Source: Octopus bimaculoides
Lineage: Eukaryota
DNA: 64,000 nucleotides
Reading direction: 5' to 3'
Assembly (NCBI RefSeq): GCF_001194135.2
Contig: NC_068982.1
Span: 63,152,207-63,216,206, forward strand
In this document: in pieces, positions 39,230-50,552 of the stretch
Layout: each line of letters begins with the position of its first letter
Numbering within the stretch: the first letter of the stretch is position 1
Notes under the pieces: model-generated
Told to the model about the DNA's origin: nothing
Databases searched by the model: none
What the model saw: the letters and a program-made list of their open reading frames with translations, nothing else
Program-made: the position numbers and the translations under genes

Positions 39230-39720
39230 GTGAAGTTTCCTGTCATAATATCTCCTCGAGTGTGCACCGCGCTTTCCCTTGTATTTCTACTTCTCTTTCA
39301 TTGCTTTATACACCGGTTGGAATCCATTTCTCGCTTTTAACTAAAATCATCATGTTTTTCTGGATAGCAATCTGGTTGATTATAGAGATAATAGAGCTTG
39401 ATGCTCATGCTACAGTTAAAATAACCAAAATTGGAAAGCAGGTCTTCCACTAATTTAGAACACATGTCTGCATAATATCTGTTAAAAAAGTTTTTGAGAA
39501 CTTGAACAAAAAAAACAAAAAAACTACATGCCAAATATCGGGTTTGTCAATTACATTCATGAAACATTCAGAAGCTCTTTTATCTGAGGGTCATTAAAAG
39601 CCTCTGCCGTATTCTTTCTTTGCTGAATCCAGAGAATTTACTGCATAATATTCAAGCTCGACATTCACGTTCCAACAATTTGTTCTCTTTGGAAAACAGA
39701 AGAGTCATGCATTTTAAGTT
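39230..39720 (-). mobile_element. Chapaev/CMC-like DNA transposase relic
   Basis: AFNDPQIKELL, VLKNFF…LVEDLLSNF..NCSMSIKLYYL….CYPEKHDDFS, then frameshifted F.PVYKAMKEK.KYKG. These resemble the GPQIR / MSxKxHxL / SDExGERFHQD…RYQG motifs. Confidence 0.5.
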
Positions 39721-40186
39721 ATCTAAATTTAAATAACTGCAAAAAGCGAAAAAAAAAAAAAACGGTGGACTATATCATGAACGCATATATACAGACTAGA
39801 AAAGTTCTGAATTTGTGATATTGCGAAGGGAAAAATAATTGAATAAAAAACTGAGTGTCCATTAGTTTATCTAACCCCTGTATATGTCGACCAGAGAGAA
39901 AAACAGTTTGTACAAACATCCTTTTAGCTTTTACTGATTTCCCAAACATTTCCAAGATATGAAGAGTAAGTACACATCGAGTACTTCATGTTTTGCTGCT
40001 AATCAGAAAACTGAGGAATTATAAAATCATTACGTGTCTCTATGTTCAAGAAGCATTATCCTTAGATGCATTGATAGTAAAAGAATACATTATCACTCAT
40101 GTTAGTATTCTTCTAAGTTATATATGTAAAAATTGCATGAGTCATTAAAGACACGTAAAAAAATAGTCAAATTTGTAAATACATAC

Positions 40187-40529
40187 CATCATATGGGATA
40201 TGTCTTTTGTGTTGAGCCCCTGGAGCATTTGAGGAAGCAGACATCTTGCTGAATCCATTCCGAACGTTGTTTTGGTTTGCATTAGGATCGGCAACGATAC
40301 ATTTGTTGCCGTAGAAATTGACACGTGGCACACGAAGTTCTACAGGCGGAAGTGACGAATTCTTGATCTGTTTTGCTTGCGGAAGTTGTTTATTGCGCAT
40401 ACGTGGATTGATATGTTGTATTCGCAAAACCCGACCTTTGCGAACTTCCACCAAATCTACATCGAGATTGGCGTTCGGTGCGGGGAAGACCTTGGAAGAC
40501 CGACGAGGTTTTAAACAGGGAAAAGGCAT
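40187..40529 (-). CDS. ABHD8: ABHD8-like alpha/beta hydrolase, coding exon 1 (MPFPCLK...VEVRKGRVLRIQH...IPYD, phase 1)
   Basis: ATG at 40529 is preceded by an in-frame TGA. LVEVRKGRVLRIQH resembles the vertebrate ABHD8 N-terminal FVEVKPGRVLRVKH as I recall it. Donor GATG|GTATGT at 40187/40186; 343 nt, phase matches exon 2. Confidence 0.85.
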
Positions 40530-40633
40530 CGTGAAATTTTCCTGGTGGGTGTTTATCGAAAATCTCCCACCTCAACGACTTTGGTTAACATGTCCGCGAT
40601 CCCTGAATTTCGCTACCCCATGTTGGTACACAA
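40530..40633 (-). other. 5' UTR part of the ATG-bearing exon, spliced to an unidentified upstream exon
   Basis: Polypyrimidine acceptor TTTCTTTATCTTTCCAG|T at 40634/40633; contains two short uORFs. Confidence 0.6.
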
Positions 40634-40909
40634 CTGGAAAGATAAAGAAAAATTATTATTTAAAGTTATTTTCATGAGTTCTTTGTCTTTTTATCATATA
40701 CATTTAAAATAATTCAGTTTTGCACGTACAACGAAAGTTACATTTTTTGTGACGTAGAAATGTGTAAGACCTGTTCAAACGCCTTCTCAAACTCTAGTAA
40801 AATATCTTTAACAACAGTTTGATTAGCATACATCAGCAGAAATTCTCTACATAATTTACAGCAATATTATCAATATTATTCCCTGGAACCTACATTTTTT
40901 TAAAGTAGG

Positions 40910-40985
40910 GAGCATGCAGAATCGCTTGCATGCTGGGCAAAATGCCTAGTGGCATTTCGTCCGTTATTACCTTCTGAGTTCAAAT
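40910..40985 (+). mobile_element. SINE family A head fragment
   Basis: GCAGAATCGCTTGCATGCTGGGCAAAATGC…TTCTGAGTTCAAAT. Confidence 0.65.
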
Positions 40986-42358
40986 TTATTTACTGCATAT
41001 TCTCAAGAAGTTCAGCCTAAACCATCTTGTAAATTGCTCGGATGCGGCAATTCTGAGTGAATCAATATTCCCGGAACAATTGTCATAGTAGTAGTTTTAA
41101 AGCAATCAATCTAAAGTATACTGAAATCATTTGATTACATATTCACGGGATTAATTCAAATTAATCAATCCAGTTATGTGCATAAAGACAAATGCGAAAT
41201 CGAAGTATTTCTTTTTATAGTTGGTAATTCTAGATATGTTCAAAAATGTTCTACTCGAAATAATAGGTCATAAGTGCAAATATTGTCGAATATATCAACT
41301 CCTCCAGTACTTGATTGTAAATTGAGTTCAACTTTCCATTCAGACTACTCATAGCGTTAGTTAAGTCCTCGAGATTCTTCTCAAATATTGTAATAGTTAA
41401 AAAGTTCAGATCAATTCTATTAAAAATGAAATTTCAATGAATCGTGGAAAGTATTGAACATGAACACGTCTTATGGTGTTCTAATCGATTTCGAATACTA
41501 ATGAACACATATCTGGAAAGTGAAATCCTCGTGGATAATAGGCAGTAACCATAGAAATAAACAATTCTGCAAAACCCGCGATATGGCGACTAAGTCGATT
41601 ACAAATGTCATTTTTATATTTTTCTCTTCAATATCATGAGTCTGAGATATTTTTAAATAATGACGGATAATTACTGGTATCCACAATACACAAAGAAAGC
41701 TAACGTAATCTATATTGGTTACCCTAAATCATAATATATTCTGCATATTAAGCTCCCGAGAAAATGGAGAAATATTTGCTACACAGATAGGTACATTAAC
41801 TTTCAATTACTTCATATACCTCATATACATACATACAAGAAAACAAAACAAAAAACTGCTCTTGATTAAGAGCCGAGAAGCTGCTCATTGTATGCAGGAT
41901 ACCACAAACATATATAGCAGCAATAAAAATATTAGCAATTAATCTTTACTTCCTTTTATTTTGCGTTAACCGTGGCGACAAAGAGCTGCGTAAAAGTACA
42001 TGCCCACAATACACTGCAATAAAAGCAAGGGCAATGAGAAAACCAATAAAAACATTTCAATATGGCAGTTTATCACAATATTGGAAATTAACCTTTTCAA
42101 GAAGAATATAGAAGTGAACAATCTAGATTAGAACGAACAATACATTTAAATGTGAACAATAAAATGCACACAACATAATAAGCACTTGACATGATCTAGA
42201 CTCACAAAACTACGTTAATTTGTGGAGTTAAAGATGTAAAATAATTAAGGTTACTGAAATGATAATGCTAGTTAGAATTTAAAGGTTTTAAACGCTTCAG
42301 AAATATTAACGAGGACTAAAGATGATGATAATCTTGTGTTAGATAAATGATAATAATT

Positions 42359-42396
<38 letters not shown>

Positions 42397-45300
42397 TACG
42401 ACTATGACAACGCTTTTAGCGGTGTTGTTAATGGTTATACTAGTGATGGTTGTGTTGTTGCTGGTGGTGATTCTGCTGCTGTTGATGATGAACATAATTG
42501 TTCCCTCTTCTTCGCTGGTATTTCATTTATAATGAAATTTACTCATATCTTAAATGTAAGCTGATTCATCATATAGTTATAAAGCTTTAAAGTTTTTCAA
42601 ATAGTATGAACTGGTATTATTATTTTAGTCTTTATTTTATAGACATTTTCATCTCACAACTGTTCCGTGTACCTAGGTCAGTCTGCATGATTTTCTCAAA
42701 AAGCTAAACAAAGAAAGAATGAGAAAAAGGTGTGTTATTGGGTAACAAGTAGAGATGTGTCATATTTATGGCTTTTCCAAGAGACCTAAACAAAATAAAC
42801 ACATCCAAGTTTAAGTGGTTGTGTTAAACAGAGAAACGTGTTTGGTCCGCTATTCAAAGATGACTCAATGTTCAGATGGTATTATTGAACCCAATGAAAA
42901 CAAAATTTTGTCTTTTGAGCTTTGAAAGCTGAGCGACAGATTTCTTTTACTTAGAATGCATTTCTATGATACCAACATAAATAATTGTTAATGTAATAAT
43001 CAAATACTACTTTTTCCATCTTGTTATCGATTTAACACCAATTACTTCACACATAAATGTAACTATATTGTTGTTAATGTTATGGAAAATGAATCTTTTC
43101 GAAAGATTCTTTGAAAAGGGCATTCCACTAGAAGAGACAGAAATGGAATCAAACGTTTATGAATAATAATCATAATCATACCAGAATATTTTGTTACGAA
43201 CTACAAATAAAGGACAACTGAGGCGAAATGAGTGCAAATCACTTCTGATGATTTGACTATATAAGCAAACATAGAGAACTATAATATACTGATTCACTGA
43301 TGGAAACTATTCAGCAAGCACAGAATTAAAGAGCTATAATGGACAATCACAATTTAACACAAGACATAAATAACTAGATGGCATTGGAGTGAGAAAAATT
43401 TACTTCCAGTAAATATAATGACAATCACATTCCAGCTGTTTCGCAGTCTGTTTTATGTTTTTAAATACCAAAATACACAAACATACATCCATGCTAATAA
43501 ATACACTGATCTCTCTCTCTCACTCTTTCTCTCTCTCTCTTTCTCACTCTTGCTCTCTCTCTTTCTCACTCTTTCTCTCTCTCTCTCTCACACACACATA
43601 CACACACACGCATATATATTTTACGTGCATGTGTGTTATATGTTTTGTATTTATGAAAAGATAATTCACTCGGTTATTACAGAAAGATTTGCACCACGTG
43701 CAAATTTCAGGCAACGTTCAAATAAGAAATTAGAAAGAGACGTACGAGTTGGACACCAAGTTAAACTGATTTTCTTTAGTTCATAACACAAAGTTGCAGC
43801 CCAAAAGAGAACGTGATGGTTACAGGATGTTCGGGTTAAATTTGACAATTTTTGGCTCCTTTTTGCAGGAATAGCTTGATTTATTGGTGAACAGTTAACG
43901 GTGTTACGTGTGAGATAAGGCTTAAAGTTTTAGTTGATATGGCTGATATACTTAGCTGATATGGAAGATTAGAAGTCACGTGAAAATTGGAAAAGCGTTA
44001 TCTGCATCATGATGATCTGCGCTTGGGTATGAAAATACTAACATCAGGATTGATTATCAATGCCCTGTTAACACTGTGAAATCTGTAAGACATGACGTGA
44101 GCAGCTGACGAAGACGGGGGCCAGCTAGAAGGGACGCACCAGGCGTTATGAATGCGTTAGCACACTGAAGTTCGTGCAAGCAGTAAGGAGCAGGGACTTG
44201 GGTTCAATTCAAACGTGAACAGGCCCAGAAGTGATTACCGGGGAATTTCTACGATGTACTTGGAAAAAAGCGCGAGAAGTAACTCTATTAAATTTTAATT
44301 TATAAGTAGACATATATAATAAAATATGAGCTAGGTAGGGGCAATTGTTCTGTAGTAGAAAAGAGGGTGAGATTGGTTGAAAGTGTCTGACTGAGTATAA
44401 TTTTTATAACAGAATAGAAAATTTCCAGTTAATATATTTGGTTACAATATTAACTTGATCCACAATTCCTCATTTGATATTAGAATTAATGTGAGAAGTT
44501 TAAAAAGAACACATTCGACATACACCTGTCTCAGTTTCAATAGATACATCGCATATCTGTAACTAAGCTAGATATTCTCTCACGCACACACTTGTTTCAC
44601 CTCACGCTGATGGGAACAGGACAATTTTTACACTTAATAATAAGACATTATATCCAACTGCGCATCACATCTGACGCATGCTTTTACACTTAATATTGAC
44701 ATTTCTTCAATTAAAAAAACAAAAACAAAAACAAAAAACAATTCTCACAATAAAATATTTCTTTACATAAAATAGCACTGTTGATCTAATTTGACACAGC
44801 TGTCAAATAAGAAAATTTTTCTCCTTTCGCCATCTCTTTCCTCTGAATATTACATATTCCCGGAAAGTGAAGGTGAGAAACCAGCTACAAATGTTGTTCT
44901 GTAGAGGAAGTTAAGGAGGAAAGAAGGGATGGCTGCTTAGCTATAAGTATGAGAATGCATCCATGTCTGGAAACGGGAAAAACGGAGACTGGTAGCTGTG
45001 TTAAAGTGGTGTATGTGTATAAACGTATGCAAATGTGGGGATAGAGGGGTGTTTGTTAGTGGTGAGAGGGTGTTGGTGTATGTATGAAATTGTTGGATAG
45101 ATAGTATGAAGGTGCGTTTATGAAAAAGTGAGAATGTCTGAACGTATGTGTTCGTGTGTGGATAAAGATATTTATGGAACAGATGGTATGACAAGAGAAA
45201 GGTGTAAGGTGTGATTCATGTGTGTGTAAGTATATAAAAAATTATGTAAGAGTGGAAAAATATTTTTCTATGAGTGAAAATTTCAAAAATGAGGAAAGCA

Positions 45301-45734
45301 AGGCTTGAAATCTTTGATGAGAAAAGACAACATCATAAAAATATAGCAGAACAATAAAATGTTCAAAGATTATGTAGAGTGTACAGATAGTGCTATGAGG
45401 TGTCTAAGACACTGGTATATTACATGAAGGAGGTAAAATAATTTGGGTAGAGAGGTGAAAATCCATAAATAAGGGATGTGGTGCAGAAAACAATGAAAAT
45501 GTCAAGTGGAATAAAAATGGTCTTCTTTGAAAGAAAAACGAACTGTGCGAGGAAGAAAGATGTAAGAGAGGTGTATATTTGCGTGTGAATGTTTTAGCAA
45601 ACTAAAGAGTAGCGGGCAAGCAGAAGTAACATGTGGAAGATAACGAAAAGTAATGTGCGTGTGTGTGTATGTGTGTGTGTGTATGTGTGTGTGTGTGTGT
45701 ATGTGTGCAGTTAATGAGAGATAGATAGATACAT

Positions 45735-45881
45735 TATTTACATTATTTACAATTGACAGATATTTGTCCTCATCTTGTTTGTTGTTAAAACAACGTTTCG
45801 GCTGATATACCCTCCAGCCTTCCTCAGGTGACTTGGAGAAAATTTCGAACCTGGGTTCTCATTCTTAAGGTATTTTTTCGA

Positions 45882-45938
<57 letters not shown>

Positions 45939-46047
45939 CATCATTACTCAGGTCACTGCCTGGAAGTGGTTAAGAGCGCGGGCTACTAACCCCAAGATTC
46001 CGAGTTCGATTCCAGGCAGTGACCTGAGTAATAATAATAACAATAAT
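45735..46047. mobile_element. tRNA-headed short element with (TAA)n linker and hammerhead-bearing body; head-to-head inverted partial duplication
   Basis: B box GTTCGATTCC at 46004-46013; 22-bp perfect inverted repeat at 45944-45965 / 46010-46031. The minus-strand body ends in a duplicated AAATAATGT. Confidence 0.65.
45787..45830 (-). ncRNA. Minimal type I hammerhead-like motif
   Basis: CAC-CTGAGGA-A-GGCTGG AGGGTATA TCAGCC-GAAAC-GTT-GT. Stem II has 5-6 bp and stem III is the loopless palindrome AACGTT; only 2 bp of stem I remain. Confidence 0.6.
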
Positions 46048-46610
46048 NNNNNNNNNNNNNNNNNNNNNNNNNNNNNNNNNNNNNNNNNNNNNNNNNNNNN
46101 NNNNNNNNNNNNNNNNNNNNNNNNNNNNNNNNNNNNNNNNNNNNNNNNNNNNNNNNNNNNNNNNNNNNNNNNNNNNNNNNNNNNNNNNNNNNNNNNNNNN
46201 NNNNNNNNNNNNNNNNNNNNNNNNNNNNNNNNNNNNNNNNNNNNNNNNNNNNNNNNNNNNNNNNNNNNNNNNNNNNNNNNNNNNNNNNNNNNNNNNNNNN
46301 NNNNNNNNNNNNNNNNNNNNNNNNNNNNNNNNNNNNNNNNNNNNNNNNNNNNNNNNNNNNNNNNNNNNNNNNNNNNNNNNNNNNNNNNNNNNNNNNNNNN
46401 NNNNNNNNNNNNNNNNNNNNNNNNNNNNNNNNNNNNNNNNNNNNNNNNNNNNNNNNNNNNNNNNNNNNNNNNNNNNNNNNNNNNNNNNNNNNNNNNNNNN
46501 NNNNNNNNNNNNNNNNNNNNNNNNNNNNNNNNNNNNNNNNNNNNNNNNNNNNNNNNNNNNNNNNNNNNNNNNNNNNNNNNNNNNNNNNNNNNNNNNNNNN
46601 NNNNNNNNNN

Positions 46611-46660
<50 letters not shown>

Positions 46661-48639
46661 TTACATATGTTTGTTTGTGTGTATATTTGTTGTGTGTGTG
46701 TTTGTTGTATGTGTGTGTGTATGTTTGTTGTGTGTATGTGCGCGTGTGTGTCTGTGTCTGTGCTAACGTATAAGTGTGTGTATATAAACATTTATAAATA
46801 GTGTACTTAAATGCTTAAATCCCGTAAAGTTATTTTGAAACAAGACTTAAATGTAAAAATATCAAATTATAATATTTCACATTTAAAAGGAGAAAGGATT
46901 AAGAAATAACTAGCGTAAATTCCCATCAATCAATTTTTGTTTTAGATTTATATATTAAATGACACTAGTCATCTTGATATTCTGTTTTAATTATCGTCAT
47001 GGTATTTTTGTCTGTAAAGTAATAATTTTGCTTGAAATAAAATGGTGAGTAGATTCCAAATTGACGTTTAAAATAAATAATTTTAATGTGTAATTTTCCT
47101 GCCTAATATTTGTACATTTCTTGTAAATTATCAAAAATTATTGAAAGCTTCAAATCGAAGAAAGTAATTTTAAAACTATAATATTTGGAAGACTACGTAA
47201 CTTACTAGAGCAATTTAAATAAAAATGAAAAAAAAAAAACATATTTGTAATTTCTCCCTCAATATTTCTTCAAATATTTTTGTACAAATGTCTTAAAAAC
47301 TATTAAGCATAAACGATCACAGACATCAAATTTCAGCCTATTGTTAGTTTAGCACTTCTATTATGTATTCTATTATCTATGTGCATAATCCCGATATCCT
47401 AATTTTCATCTTGAATACATCGTCAGCACTTTCAAAGGAATTCGTAGTTTGCGTAGTTGTTCACCGAGTACGTAGGAATTCGTCATTGCACGTCGGTAGT
47501 CGGCAGTCACTTATTCGACTTAGAGCATTCCATAAGCAACAGTATAGAACCCTCAGTTTTCTCTTGTTTCGAGCTGGCATATTATTATGATTATGTGAAC
47601 GAAAGGAATTATTAGACGAGGCTGATAGGACGTTGAAAATATAACACCTCGGTGACGGTATCCTATGATAGGAATGTTAGCATATTAAATTTAAATGCAT
47701 ATGTATTCGTGCATATACTTTAGAACGTACATATACATGTACATGGTTATCCTGATAGAGAGATTCATGACTGATGGAACCCTGAAGCAATTAGCAATGG
47801 TTCAATGACGTCGTTGAAAAGAATGAATGGCTTTACACATAGCGAAGGCATATACATTCGTTATCCAATGCGAAACACTATTTGATATATGTAATACTCA
47901 ATAACACATTTGTGGTTAACCATTTGACAAACGATCAAGAAAATTTATGGTAACAATACCTAATCTTGCATGAATTTATACGTTCATCTATTGATCAGAT
48001 AAACTTTGATAATATATCCAACATAAGCACAAACACTGTATAAACTGACACTAGTACTTGCTTGAATTATTTTATCAACAAGGACGAACGAAAGACAAAT
48101 TGGCCCCAGCAGCATTTGTACGCAGATCAGATCATAAAAAATGTCTTTCACTTTTATCTGGTACTCCACAGTGTCAATCATATTACAAATTGCTATTAAT
48201 AATAATTCATAACATCGGAAAGGTAACAGTCGACTGGATGACTTGTTACAGAGGTACAAGGGCAGAAATTTTGAGAACGTGTAAATTCGATTATATCAAC
48301 CTTAATATTTTATTCGTACTTTATTTTGTTCACCAAAGAATGATGGGATGAGAAATTGATGGAATTTGCGCTTGACACGTAAAAGCCTTGACAAAATAAT
48401 GCAACATATTCTATCCCTAATTTTGAGGTTCGTATTCTGGCAAGTCACTGCATATGTACATATATAACTACTTATATAGATGCATATTTATCTGTATATC
48501 CAACTTAAGGTGGATCTTTAGTTTGAATGCCGAATACGTCGTTATTTACACTGTATACGGCGTTCTAGTAAAAACAAATACGCCTAAGTTGGATATAAAG
48601 ATTACTTTTGCTTTAAGTATTGCTTCTGTCGCAAAAAAT

Positions 48640-48673
<34 letters not shown>

Positions 48674-49189
48674 NNNNNNNNNNNNNNNNNNNNNNNNNNN
48701 NNNNNNNNNNNNNNNNNNNNNNNNNNNNNNNNNNNNNNNNNNNNNNNNNNNNNNNNNNNNNNNNNNNNNNNNNNNNNNNNNNNNNNNNNNNNNNNNNNNN
48801 NNNNNNNNNNNNNNNNNNNNNNNNNNNNNNNNNNNNNNNNNNNNNNNNNNNNNNNNNNNNNNNNNNNNNNNNNNNNNNNNNNNNNNNNNNNNNNNNNNNN
48901 NNNNNNNNNNNNNNNNNNNNNNNNNNNNNNNNNNNNNNNNNNNNNNNNNNNNNNNNNNNNNNNNNNNNNNNATATATATATATATATAATAGATCTCTGA
49001 GCGAGGCATAAACAGTAGCTGCACGACATCGTGAAGTGTATTTGCCACCTAAATGTAGCTAACAATTAAAGGTTGATGCTACTGTAGATTGTAGCCTTAG
49101 GAAGACATCTCCAGCTGACTATTGACTCACTATCTGTACCCTATCAGTATTTGCAAAGGGTAGTCATCGTTCTCATCTCCACCATGATA

Positions 49190-49234
49190 CACACGGACCC
49201 GAGTTCCTGGGTATTGACCCGTCATCAGCGTGTG
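49190..49234 (-). ncRNA. Type I hammerhead ribozyme-like motif (A13G variant)
   Basis: CACACG-CTGATGA-CGGGT CAAT ACCCA-GGAAC-TCGG-GTC-CGTGTG. Perfect 6-bp stem I and 4-bp stem II; GAAA has mutated to GGAA. Confidence 0.7.
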
Positions 49235-49433
49235 GCACATTTAGGTGAAAAATATATGGAGGTTACAAGCTACAGTAGCATCAACCCTTAAATGTTAGCG
49301 ACATTGAGGTGGCAAATATACTTCGCGATGTTGCGCAGCTACTGTTTATACCTCGCTCAGAGATTTTCGTCACTGGAAAAAGTATATATATATTTGCATT
49401 GAGAACCACATTCCATCGCCAACTGGTGGTAGT

Positions 49434-49478
49434 CACGTGCTGATGACAGGTCAATACCCAGAAACTCAGGTCCGTGTG
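49434..49478 (+). ncRNA. Type I hammerhead ribozyme-like motif
   Basis: CACGTG-CTGATGA-CAGGT CAAT ACCCA-GAAAC-TCAG-GTC-CGTGTG. The core is canonical, stem I has 6 bp (2 GU), stem II is GGT/ACC and the cleavage triplet is GUC. Confidence 0.75.
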
Positions 49479-49644
49479 TATCACGTCAGGCTGGAGATGG
49501 GAACGAAGACTTCCCTTTGCAAATACTGATGGGGCACAGATAGTGTGTCAATAACCAGCTGGAGGAGATGTCTTCCTCGGACTACAAGCTACAGTAGCAT
49601 CAACCATTAATGGTTAGCCATATTTAGATGGTAATTTTACTTCA

Positions 49645-49697
<53 letters not shown>

Positions 49698-49957
49698 NNN
49701 NNNNNNNNNNNNNNNNNNNNNNNNNNNNNNNNNNNNNNNNNNNNNNNNNNNNNNNNNNNNNNNNNNNNNNNNNNNNNNNNNNNNNNNNNNNNNNNNNNNN
49801 NNNNNNNNNNNNNNNNNNNNNNNNNNNNNNNNNNNNNNNNNNNNNNNNNNNNNNNNNNNNNNNNNNNNNNNNNNNNNNNNNNNNNNNNNNNNNNNNNNNN
49901 NNNNNNNNNNNNNNNNNNNNNNNNNNNNNNNNNNNNNNNNNNNNNNNNNNNTATTTT

Positions 49958-50040
<83 letters not shown>

Positions 50041-50337
50041 CTAGCAAACTGCTCCATTGTCCATTGGCAATGGCAGTTTTGGAGATAACAGTGTGATTTG
50101 CCATGTTTATAATAAACTATGGCGGGAATTTGAGCGCTCTGAATTGTGACACAGTTAGTGAGGAAGATGACAGAAGAATGAGAAATGGAAGTATGTTAAA
50201 AGAGATGAAATGATGTACTTTTTTTGTTAAATGATGTTGTAGCGTTGATATAGTACATCAATATAATGCCCATACAATTTAGTGTGAGGTCCGGTGTACG
50301 AGGTTAAGATTTGGTTCTGAATATTATTCATGAAAGT

Positions 50338-50552
50338 TAAGGCGGCGAGCTGGGAAAATTGTTAGAACGCCGGACAAAATGTGTAGCGGCATTCCATTCT
50401 CTGCATTGTGAGTTCAAATTTTATCGAGTCCACTTTATCTTTCATCCTTTCTTTGTCCATAAAGTAAGTACCATTGAGTACTGCAGTCGATGAAATCGAC
50501 TTACCCCTCCCCCGAAATTGCTGATATTGTGCCAAAATTTGAAACCAACATG
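50338..50552 (+). mobile_element. SINE family A
   Basis: AAGGCGGCGAGCTGG…GAGTTCAAATT…GTCGATGAAATCGAC. Confidence 0.85.

Larger units (their letters stand above)
49003..49628. repeat. ~320-bp hammerhead-containing unit as one inverted copy plus tandem partial copies, bounded by (TA)n
   Basis: 49003-49234 is the reverse complement of 49434-49628 and 49264-49364. TACAAGCTACAGTAGCATCAACC recurs at 49264 and 49583 (319-bp period). Confidence 0.8.

Noticed and set aside
40553-40591. uORF MLTKVVEVG resembling the vertebrate ABHD8 N-terminus (MLTGVTDG, from memory)
   Set aside because: The match is very short, out of frame with the main ORF and ends in a stop; the main ORF already aligns near the vertebrate N-terminus.
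45966-46020. tRNA gene (also SINE heads at 15082, 52753, 59187)
   Set aside because: A/B boxes are present but there is no complete cloverleaf or acceptor stem; they continue into SINE bodies.
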